From the NCBI RefSeq assembly GCF_003966335.1, contig NZ_CP034549.1:1980001-2012000 (forward strand): DNA of 32,000 nt, given 5' to 3'. The stretch comes from Nonlabens ponticola. GTDB lineage: Bacteria; Bacteroidota; Bacteroidia; Flavobacteriales; Flavobacteriaceae. Shown piece after piece: positions 24,793 through 32,000 of this stretch. The position numbers and the translations under genes are program-made. Within the stretch, counting starts at the first letter, position 1; each line of letters starts with the position of its first letter. The notes under the pieces are model-generated. The model had not been told where the DNA came from. It did no database searches and worked only from the letters and a program-made list of their open reading frames with translations.

Positions 24793-25719
24793 ATGAAAAA
24801 TCTATTGCTACTACTCTTATTAGCTGCTTGTATAGGCTGCGAAACACCATCAGAAAATGAAAAGAATGAAGTTGATAGCACAACTAATGAAGTAGCTTAT
24901 GAACCATCAACGGCACCAGCTAGAAATTTATCTCAAGATTTTAAAGATTACTGGTATGCTGGCGTTGCAGAGATTTGTAGCTATGAACTTAATCAATCAC
25001 GCTACGGTCAAAACCGACCAGGTGATGCTGTTCTGATTTTTGTGACAGAGCCCTTTAATCCTGTAGATCAAGTAAAAGCAGATGCACAAAACGACACGAA
25101 TAGATCAGTTCTAAAACTCAACGCCACGCGCAACTTTAATACTGGCATCTATCCATATACTATTATGAGTAGTACCTTCTTACCACTTGATAAACAAGAC
25201 AACGCCATTAAGGTGGCTACTTCCATTCAAGAATGGTGTGGACATACTTATATGCAACTTAATAATCGACAGGATCAATACGATGTAATGTTGCACAGCT
25301 ATTTTCAAAGTGAAGGAAACAAAGAATTTGCGGTCGATAATGTAATGTTGGAAAATCAAGTCCCTAGTCAATTGAGACTAGATCCTCGGTCAATGCCAAT
25401 TGGTCAAATAAAGATGATACCATCTACTGAATATCTAAGGCTGGTACACAAAGAAACTAAGGCAATGGATGCAACAGCAAGCCTTATTGAAAATCAAGAT
25501 AATTTGATCTATAACATTAAATACAACGACGATTCTCGCAGCATTGCTTACACTGTAGAATCTGCTTTTCCTTATAAGGTTATGTCATGGGAAGAAACCT
25601 ATCAAGAAAGAGGAAGAACAGCTACCACGACTGCACAGCTCAAAGAAACCTTACGTACTGCCTACTGGAGTCAAAATAGCAATGAGTATAACTACTTAAG
25701 AGATAGCTTGGCTTTATGA
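24793..25719 (+). CDS. Hypothetical lipoprotein. Start trimmed to MKNLLLLLLLAACIGC.
   Basis: The internal ATG gives a canonical signal peptide plus lipobox, and a promoter-like box lies inside the longer ORF. I do not recognise a family. Confidence 0.65.
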   Translation: MKNLLLLLLLAACIGCETPSENEKNEVDSTTNEVAYEPSTAPARNLSQDFKDYWYAGVAEICSYELNQSRYGQNRPGDAVLIFVTEPFNPVDQVKADAQNDTNRSVLKLNATRNFNTGIYPYTIMSSTFLPLDKQDNAIKVATSIQEWCGHTYMQLNNRQDQYDVMLHSYFQSEGNKEFAVDNVMLENQVPSQLRLDPRSMPIGQIKMIPSTEYLRLVHKETKAMDATASLIENQDNLIYNIKYNDDSRSIAYTVESAFPYKVMSWEETYQERGRTATTTAQLKETLRTAYWSQNSNEYNYLRDSLAL

Positions 25720-26279
25720 ACATGAATGACATTTTGAGTAACAAGGAGCTAGTACTCTCTATCATTGTATTGATTATTGCCTTTGTCACGCATAGAATCG
25801 TGATATGGAGCGCGGCCAAAATAAGTAAAAAGGTAGAGCGATCTGCCCTGCGCAAACAGTACCTCAATAGATATGTAGGCTACATTATCTGGACGCTTGC
25901 AACGATCACTATTGTTTTTGTTTGGGGAATTTCACGCGATGGTTTTTGGGTCGCATTGGGATCAACTTTTGCCGTTGTCGGCGTGGCATTATTTGCCAAC
26001 TGGAGTATTTTGAGCAACGTTACGGCAAGCTTCATTTTATATTTCACGTTTCCGTTCAAGATTGGAGATCGTGTACGCATTCACGATAAAGATTTACCGG
26101 TAACAGCTATTATAGAAGACATCAAGGGATTCTACACATTCCTGCGCACTGCCGAAGGTGAAGTCATCACCTACCCTAACAACTTACTATTACAAAAGGG
26201 CGTGAGTATTTTAAGAGGACGCAAGGAATCTATTTTTGACATTGATAAAGATGAGGAAACTGACCCAACCGCTAGATAA
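25716..26279 (+). CDS. Short MscS-family mechanosensitive channel-like protein
   Basis: Three TM segments followed by FKIGDRVRI...G.IEDI...LRTAEGEVITYPNNLLL, the MscS beta-domain signature. At 187 aa it lacks most of the C-terminal cytoplasmic domain. ATGA overlap with the upstream gene. Confidence 0.65.
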   Translation: MNMNDILSNKELVLSIIVLIIAFVTHRIVIWSAAKISKKVERSALRKQYLNRYVGYIIWTLATITIVFVWGISRDGFWVALGSTFAVVGVALFANWSILSNVTASFILYFTFPFKIGDRVRIHDKDLPVTAIIEDIKGFYTFLRTAEGEVITYPNNLLLQKGVSILRGRKESIFDIDKDEETDPTAR

Positions 26280-26284
26280 TTATT

Positions 26285-26608
26285 ATGGATTTAAAAGATC
26301 AACTTAAGAACCTATTTCCAGAGCACGAGGTGCCAGAAACGCCACTAGAGGAAAAAAGTAATGTATGGATGCAGGACGACCCGTTAGAATGCAGATTTGA
26401 AAAACGCAAGGGAAAAGTCAACACCATCATCGCTGGCTACACAGGTGCAACTGCTGACTTTAAAATTTTGGCCAAAGAACTGAAAACAAACCTAGGTGTA
26501 GGCGGTAGTTTTAAAAATGATCAGATAATCATTCAAGGTGATTATCGTGATAGAATAATGGAATTACTCAAGGAGAAAGGTTTTAAAGTCAAACGTGTAG
26601 GTGGCTAA
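26285..26608 (+). CDS. SUI1/YciH-family translation initiation factor-like protein
   Basis: 107 aa. KRKGKVNTIIAGY...LAKELKTNLGVGGSFKNDQIIIQGDYRDRIMELLKEKGFKVKRVG is the SUI1 fold signature. Confidence 0.85.
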   Translation: MDLKDQLKNLFPEHEVPETPLEEKSNVWMQDDPLECRFEKRKGKVNTIIAGYTGATADFKILAKELKTNLGVGGSFKNDQIIIQGDYRDRIMELLKEKGFKVKRVGG

Positions 26609-26612
26609 AACT

Positions 26613-26641
26613 AAAAAACCACGCTGTCTAGCGTGGTTTTT
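26613..26641. terminator. Bidirectional rho-independent terminator
   Basis: Stem CCACGCT/AGCGTGG extended by A/T pairs, loop GTCT, with an A-run upstream and a T5 run downstream. Confidence 0.8.
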
Positions 26642-26662
26642 CAATATATATTAATCGGTAGT

Positions 26663-26851
26663 TTATAATGTACCGTTTTTCTCTTCTAGCTCCTTACGTT
26701 TTGCTTCCTTTTTCATTTTACGCTTCTCTAGCGCAACACCAGTAATCCAATATGGAATAGCAAATGCTGTCAAGAATATCATTAACCAAAATCCCAAGGT
26801 CAATATTCCCAAAAATGCTAGAAATCCTAAGTACTGATCAAATTCGAACAT
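26663..26851 (-). CDS. Small membrane protein with a Lys/Glu-rich tail. Start trimmed to MFEFDQYL.
   Basis: 62 aa with two TM helices followed by KRKMKKEAKRKELEEK. Coding status is uncertain. Confidence 0.4.
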   Translation of the reverse strand: MFEFDQYLGFLAFLGILTLGFWLMIFLTAFAIPYWITGVALEKRKMKKEAKRKELEEKNGTL

Positions 26852-26963
26852 AACAAATCGTTTAAGTCCTGCAAAGATAAGGGCTTTGAGCAAGAATCAA
26901 AATGTGCGTAGAGCATTTATTCACAAAAAAATGATGAAATATGTTAATAAGGCTTGTGATTGT

Positions 26964-26983
26964 TACGCTTTCGCGAAAGCGTA
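26964..26983. repeat. Iterated palindrome copy 8 (intergenic), the longest form, TACGCTTTCGCGAAAGCGTA (20 nt, perfect)
   Basis: Read directly. It lies 86 nt upstream of the fumC ATG and shares the left flank TTGTTAC with copy 7. Confidence 0.95.
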
Positions 26984-27045
26984 GTCACCTAAAATCCTAC
27001 CATCACATTAAGAGATTTTTTAAACTACCAACCTAGTCATACCGC

Positions 27046-27053
27046 TATATTTG
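27046..27053 (+). promoter_or_regulatory. Candidate Bacteroidota -7 promoter box TATATTTG upstream of fumC
   Basis: Exact TAnnTTTG match, 16 nt upstream of the ATG at 27069. No convincing -33 element. Confidence 0.3.
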
Positions 27054-27068
27054 TGAAAAATCAAACCA

Positions 27069-28463
27069 ATGGAATACCGCATAGATAAAGACACGATAGG
27101 TGAAGTAAAAGTCCCAGCCGACAAGCTATGGGGCGCGCAAACACAGCGTTCTCGAGAAAACTTCAAAATAGGACCGGCCGGCAGCATGCCACTTGAAATC
27201 ATTTACGGATTTGCTTACTTGAAAAAAGCAGCTGCTTACACAAATGCTGAGCTAGGCGTGCTGAGCGAGGAAAAACGTGATCAAATTGCAGCGGTTTGTG
27301 ATGAAATATTAGACGGTAAGCATGATGATGAATTCCCTCTTGTGATCTGGCAAACAGGATCAGGTACACAGTCCAACATGAATGTGAATGAGGTGATTGC
27401 CAACCGCGCACATCAACTTGCTGGGAAAACCATAGGTGAAGGCGAGAAAACCTTACAGCCCAATGATGACGTGAATAAATCACAAAGTAGTAATGATACG
27501 TTCCCGACAGGAATGCACATTGCGATCTATAAGAAGGTGGTTGAACAAACCATTCCTGGAATCATCCAGCTACGTAACACACTACATAATAAGAGTATCG
27601 AATTTGACGAGGTAGTGAAAATAGGTCGTACACATATGATGGATGCGACACCATTGACGTTGGGACAAGAGTTTTCTGGGTATGTATCGCAATTGGATCA
27701 CGGTATCATCGCACTAGAAAATACGCTAGACCACATGAGCGAACTCGCGCTGGGTGGTACGGCTGTTGGCACAGGACTCAACACACCAGATGGTTATGAT
27801 GTTAAGGTAGCCCAATACATCGCAGACTTTACTGAACTGCCGTTTAAAACAGCAGCCAATAAATTTGAAGCATTAGCGGCACACGATGCTCTTGTAGAAA
27901 CTCATGGCGCTCTCAAGCAGGTGGCTGTATCATTAAATAAAATTGCAAACGACATAAGAATGCTTGCCAGTGGTCCACGCAGTGGTATTGGAGAAATTAC
28001 CATTCCAGCAAACGAACCTGGATCATCCATCATGCCTGGTAAGGTAAACCCAACACAATGCGAGGCTATCACTATGGTTTGCGCGCAAGTTATGGGTAAT
28101 GACGTGACGGTTACTGTAGGTGGAACACAAGGTCACTATGAACTTAATGTATTCAAACCAGTTATGGCAGCAGCTGTCTTACAAAGCGCTACTTTAATTG
28201 CCGATGCATGCCGCAGTTTTGAAGAAAACTGTGCGGCTGGTATTGAACCCAATCACGATCGTATCAAGAATCTACTCGATAATTCTTTGATGCTAGTAAC
28301 AGCCTTGAATACAAAAATAGGTTACTACAAAGCCGCTGAAATTGCTAATAAAGCTCATGAAGAAGGAACTACTCTTAAAGCTGCAGCCGTCGCAACTGGC
28401 TACCTAACTGCTGAGGAATTTGACGAATGGGTTAAACCTGAAGACATGGTCGGTAGACGATAG
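27069..28463 (+). CDS. fumC: Class II fumarate hydratase
   Basis: 464 aa with [15 protein letters not shown] (fumarate lyase signature), [12 protein letters not shown] and SSNDTFPT. Confidence 0.95.
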   Translation: MEYRIDKDTIGEVKVPADKLWGAQTQRSRENFKIGPAGSMPLEIIYGFAYLKKAAAYTNAELGVLSEEKRDQIAAVCDEILDGKHDDEFPLVIWQTGSGTQSNMNVNEVIANRAHQLAGKTIGEGEKTLQPNDDVNKSQSSNDTFPTGMHIAIYKKVVEQTIPGIIQLRNTLHNKSIEFDEVVKIGRTHMMDATPLTLGQEFSGYVSQLDHGIIALENTLDHMSELALGGTAVGTGLNTPDGYDVKVAQYIADFTELPFKTAANKFEALAAHDALVETHGALKQVAVSLNKIANDIRMLASGPRSGIGEITIPANEPGSSIMPGKVNPTQCEAITMVCAQVMGNDVTVTVGGTQGHYELNVFKPVMAAAVLQSATLIADACRSFEENCAAGIEPNHDRIKNLLDNSLMLVTALNTKIGYYKAAEIANKAHEEGTTLKAAAVATGYLTAEEFDEWVKPEDMVGRR

Positions 28464-28481
28464 TTTGAAACAAATCATATT

Positions 28482-28515
28482 AAAAAGTCCAGCAAATGCT
28501 GGACTTTTTTATTTT
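28482..28515. terminator. Bidirectional rho-independent terminator between fumC and the ccs gene
   Basis: Stem AGTCCAG/CTGGACT with loop CAAATG, A5 upstream and T6ATTTT downstream. Confidence 0.8.
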
Positions 28516-28536
28516 CATGTATGGATAAATTCGCAA

Positions 28537-31500
28537 TTACTTCAACCTCTTATTCCCGTAATACTTCTTCTCTCGCCATCTAGCAAATCCTGCTATAACG
28601 CCTATTACAACTAGAGAAATGACTATGGCGTTATAAGAAAAGATCTGGTCACCACTTGCATAGCTATGTAATCCTGATAGATAAAAATTCACACCAAAGT
28701 AGGTCATCAAAACGCTGTAGAAAGCGAGTATGGACCACAAGTTAAAGGTCCAGCGACCTTTCAAACCTGGCACCAGTCTCAAGTGCAATACAAACGCGTA
28801 TACAAATATGCTGATGAGCGCCCAGGTTTCTTTAGGATCCCAACCCCAATAACGACCCCAAGATTCATTTGCCCACATGCCGCCCAAGAAGTTACCGATG
28901 GTAAGCATTATCAAACCTACCGTTAAAGCGATCTCATTGATATAAGTGATCTCTTTGATATTAAGATCCATGATATCCTTATTCTTTGCTGTGGTAAAAA
29001 TCATAAGTAAGAAACTCACGAGACCTAATATCATTCCCAAAGCAAAAGGGCCATAACTTCCCACAATGACAGCCACGTGTATCATTAACCAATAAGAATC
29101 CAGTACCGGCTGCAAGTTAGAAATAGAAGGATCTAACCAATTCCAGCTTGCTACCATCAAGATGATGGCAACCACTATGGCCGTACTGGCTATGGTCATT
29201 TTACTCTTGCGACCAAAGGCTAAACCAAAAGCCATCGTTGCCCAAGCTACGTAAATTAAACTCTCATAAGCATCAGACCATGGTGCGTGACCGCTTAAAT
29301 ACCATCTTATAATAAGAGCGGCCATGTGAACTACAAAAATCCCGATGATCACGTATTTATGAAATGTTATTGCCCAACCTATCTCTTTCATAGGTTTGAT
29401 AATCTGCGTTATTAAAAGGATCAACATGAAGATACCAAACCAGTAATACCACAGATGCAGTTTCTTAAAGACATCGTACTTATTATAAAGAATCTCTGCT
29501 TCAATTTTGTCTTCTGATGGCATGACGTCTTCACCATAAGCACGTTGAAATTCAAATAGACTGTTCAAAGCAGTATTTGCCCTTAAGTAATCACCACTTT
29601 CTTTGCCCTGAGCGAGCAATGTCGTGTAAGCTGGAACAAAGTCTCTAACAAAATTATAATCGCCTTCACGCGTATATCCAGCTTCTTCTAATTCAGGTCT
29701 CGCATACCATCGATCATTTTCAGAATCTGGTTTTGGGAATATCTTTAAAATGTTTCCTGTCACTACTTGACTTAATATGGCAAAAGCAAAATCTGTCTGG
29801 ATAAAATCTTTTTGAAATGCTGTTTTAATATCAGATCTATTGGCCTCATCAAGATAATCGTTGAGTACATAAGGAACGCGCTCGCCATCTTTATCTCTCA
29901 AAAAGTCCATCAAACTGGCATATTTTCTAGAGCGATCTATCTGCAAAATATCACGTATGCTATCGTTACCTCGTTTCAATTTAATCAATGGGACTTCATA
30001 CCATAGTTGACCCAACTGCATCATACTGATGATGGTTTGCTCTGGTGTCAATTTCACAATGCTGTCGCCTACCTGCGCTTCATAATAATCACGTTCAGAT
30101 ACGCGTCGTAAAATCTCCGATGCCAGCGTACTCATAGGCTTCATACGACCTTCGTCCTGTACCACTACTCTACCAAAACGTTCTGCTTGGGCTTCTGGAA
30201 CTAGGTTCAAGACAATAATGCTATCCAGTAATCTTCTAGGTATTTCTGGATATACTTCTGGAGCTAGAGATTCTGCAGGTTCTGGGTTATTGTACAAATG
30301 TTCTCCTGAGTCTAGATTGGTACTTTGACCATCTCGATTTTCAAACGATGTATCGTTATCTTGAACTTCATGATTATGTCCGGTGTGATCTTCCTGCACC
30401 ACTTGTTGTTGTGCATGGTTATGACCAGTATGATCTTCATGATCTGTCGTTTGTGCAAACGATAATCCACTAGTCATTAATATTGCAATCATGGCCAGCT
30501 TTTTAGCCTTGCGCTTTTCTACTCTATTGATAAGCCTGCGCAATTCACCAAATCGTGTATTAGGATCGATTATCAATGCCAGCAACCCTATGTACAATAG
30601 ATAATATCCAGCATAAGTAACTGTCTTACCCCAAAAATCATGATTGACAGATAGATGTGTTCCACCTTCATCATTATCAAATCCAGACTGGAAAAATCGA
30701 TAGCCTTCTTTATCAAGTACGTTATTCATATAAATGCGTTCCTTCTTTTCGGTGCCATCTGGATCGATTACCGTTACCTGACTTTCAAAAGAACTGTATC
30801 CTTTTTCAGTACCTGGATATTTATTGGCGATAAAATCATCCAGCTGTATTTCAAATGGCACCGTACGTTCTCTTGATCCGTAGCGTACATACACATCCAT
30901 ATCATCCAGTTTAAAGCTGGAATAATCTGTCAGCATTCCTTTACCACCACGCAATTCTAGCGGCTGGACATCATCGCCCACAGCGATGGTTCCAAAAAGT
31001 CCTAGTGCTTTTGCTTCGGTAGGTTCTGGGCTTTCAATGATACCAACCTCACCTTCAAGTATAGGATCAGGTATCACAAACTGCATTCCTGCAACACTAT
31101 ATAGGGATCGCAATTGCAATGGCTGTATGGAATCCTGGAAGACCTCGCCTTCTTGCTGGTCTGCCATGCGCATATAATCGCCAGCAAATGGCGTTTGCAA
31201 TTGATAGCCGTTCCAGTTCTCAATAATGTTGATCACGCCTTCTTTTTCAGCTAGATCTGGATCAAGATTCACACCGAATAATACACCATGAATACTTGCT
31301 TTCTCACCATCCTTGAGAAGGTGATCATGCCTGTTTCCGCCACCAGCCTCAACAATTTTCAGGAATCTGTCACCACCATTTTCAACCGGTTTTAAACCTT
31401 CCACGGCATCATAAATCAAAGAATCTACCGTAATCACGATGTCCTTATCATAAAAATCAAATGTCTCCTTGCGCTTGTAATCATATTGTGAGATGAGCAT

Positions 31501-31932
31501 CTCTTCCATGACCTCACGTTGCATGGGATTGCCATCTGGATCAGTTCCCTGGATGACAACGTCAAAATAGGTTTCGGTACTCAGGAACGTATCTTCTACA
31601 GCACCTTCACGTATCAACATCATTCCTTCAAAAGATACGTATCTAGTGATTCCAGCGCCAATTATGATAAGAATCCACGACAAGTGCAGTGTCAGCGTTG
31701 CCCACTTTTTCCACTGCCATAGATTATATCGCTTGATATTGTAGATAAAATTGATCATTAACCACAGCATCAACAATGAGAACCACCACTCATTATATAC
31801 CCAAAGCTTTGAGGTAGGCGTGTCATAAGAATTCTCAATAAAGGTTCCTACGGCCATGCTTATCGCAAAAACCAGTAGCAAAATAGACATCGTTCTTGTA
31901 GAAAATAAAAACGCCTTGATACGGTCTTTCAT
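28537..31932 (-). CDS. ccsBA: Fused cytochrome c biogenesis protein (system II ResB/CcsB-like N-half plus CcsA C-half). Start trimmed to MKDRIKAF.
   Basis: The N-half has ResB-like TMs and a large periplasmic domain. The C-half is a multi-TM CcsA with the WWD motif WGRYWGWDPKETWA. A His-rich linker lies between the halves. About 1131 aa. Confidence 0.85.
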   Translation of the reverse strand: MKDRIKAFLFSTRTMSILLLVFAISMAVGTFIENSYDTPTSKLWVYNEWWFSLLMLWLMINFIYNIKRYNLWQWKKWATLTLHLSWILIIIGAGITRYVSFEGMMLIREGAVEDTFLSTETYFDVVIQGTDPDGNPMQREVMEEMLISQYDYKRKETFDFYDKDIVITVDSLIYDAVEGLKPVENGGDRFLKIVEAGGGNRHDHLLKDGEKASIHGVLFGVNLDPDLAEKEGVINIIENWNGYQLQTPFAGDYMRMADQQEGEVFQDSIQPLQLRSLYSVAGMQFVIPDPILEGEVGIIESPEPTEAKALGLFGTIAVGDDVQPLELRGGKGMLTDYSSFKLDDMDVYVRYGSRERTVPFEIQLDDFIANKYPGTEKGYSSFESQVTVIDPDGTEKKERIYMNNVLDKEGYRFFQSGFDNDEGGTHLSVNHDFWGKTVTYAGYYLLYIGLLALIIDPNTRFGELRRLINRVEKRKAKKLAMIAILMTSGLSFAQTTDHEDHTGHNHAQQQVVQEDHTGHNHEVQDNDTSFENRDGQSTNLDSGEHLYNNPEPAESLAPEVYPEIPRRLLDSIIVLNLVPEAQAERFGRVVVQDEGRMKPMSTLASEILRRVSERDYYEAQVGDSIVKLTPEQTIISMMQLGQLWYEVPLIKLKRGNDSIRDILQIDRSRKYASLMDFLRDKDGERVPYVLNDYLDEANRSDIKTAFQKDFIQTDFAFAILSQVVTGNILKIFPKPDSENDRWYARPELEEAGYTREGDYNFVRDFVPAYTTLLAQGKESGDYLRANTALNSLFEFQRAYGEDVMPSEDKIEAEILYNKYDVFKKLHLWYYWFGIFMLILLITQIIKPMKEIGWAITFHKYVIIGIFVVHMAALIIRWYLSGHAPWSDAYESLIYVAWATMAFGLAFGRKSKMTIASTAIVVAIILMVASWNWLDPSISNLQPVLDSYWLMIHVAVIVGSYGPFALGMILGLVSFLLMIFTTAKNKDIMDLNIKEITYINEIALTVGLIMLTIGNFLGGMWANESWGRYWGWDPKETWALISIFVYAFVLHLRLVPGLKGRWTFNLWSILAFYSVLMTYFGVNFYLSGLHSYASGDQIFSYNAIVISLVVIGVIAGFARWREKKYYGNKRLK

Positions 31933-32000
31933 AGTAGAATTTAAACGGCTGCAAAGATACTTTACAAAAGCCTTAACACCATGCCTTGTAGGTCGCATGT

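Noticed and set aside
3506-26983. Apparent regular spacing of palindrome copies (intervals of 4412, 4471 and 4414 nt among the seven)
   Set aside because: The other intervals (1752, 2315, 2827, 3269) break any periodicity. With seven intervals, three similar values are plausibly coincidental.
1049-31722. About 35 short ORFs (60-109 aa) in the six-frame track that lie inside or antisense to the long CDSs. Examples are 1049-1240, 2230-2448, 2931-3212, 3840-4076, 6050-6247, 8973-9236, 13502-13723, 15280-15504, 21588-21917, 23768-23995, 27199-27483 and 30655-30876.
   Set aside because: All are fully nested in much longer ORFs with clear family signatures on the other strand or frame. Their translations are low-complexity or Cys/Ser/Ile-rich, as is typical of shadow ORFs.
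1-32000. Search by eye for CRISPR arrays, tRNA/rRNA genes, transposases, integrases, phage or toxin-antitoxin/defence-type genes
   Set aside because: I found no direct-repeat/spacer arrays, cloverleaf-like segments, DDE or tyrosine recombinase motifs, or obvious defence-system domains. The window appears to be core chromosome apart from the biosynthetic cluster.

Overview
AT-rich chromosomal segment that looks like a Flavobacteriia (Bacteroidota) genome. Supporting features are a T9SS type-B C-terminal sorting domain protein, a fused ResB/CcsA cytochrome c biogenesis protein, a fused E1 alpha/beta 2-oxoacid dehydrogenase, SpII-type lipoproteins and TAnnTTTG-like promoter boxes. About 32 densely packed CDSs are supported. 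They cover core metabolism (ppc, fumC, 2-oxoacid dehydrogenase E1, Zn-ADH, 2OG-Fe(II) oxygenase), envelope proteins (OmpA-like, lipocalin-like, Omp85-like, DoxX-like, MscS-like, TerC), two HPF/RaiA-like proteins and a SUI1-family factor. I found no tRNA, rRNA, CRISPR array, transposase or phage gene. Two things stand out. (1) A perfect palindrome with core GCTTTCGCGAAAGC, extending to 16-20 bp, occurs 8 times in 32 kb. Six copies are embedded in frame in unrelated genes, which resembles a highly iterated palindrome or uptake-sequence-like genome signature rather than a classical intergenic repeat. (2) A translationally coupled operon encodes an FAD oxidoreductase, a SAM methyltransferase, a type III PKS, an enoyl-reductase-like SDR and a hotdog dehydratase. 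It sits next to a dedicated KAS plus ACP pair and an antisense Omp85/POTRA outer-membrane gene. This resembles an srsABC-type phenolic-lipid pathway joined to its own FAS-II-like module, and I do not know its product. All functional calls come from motif recognition by eye, because no searches could be run.
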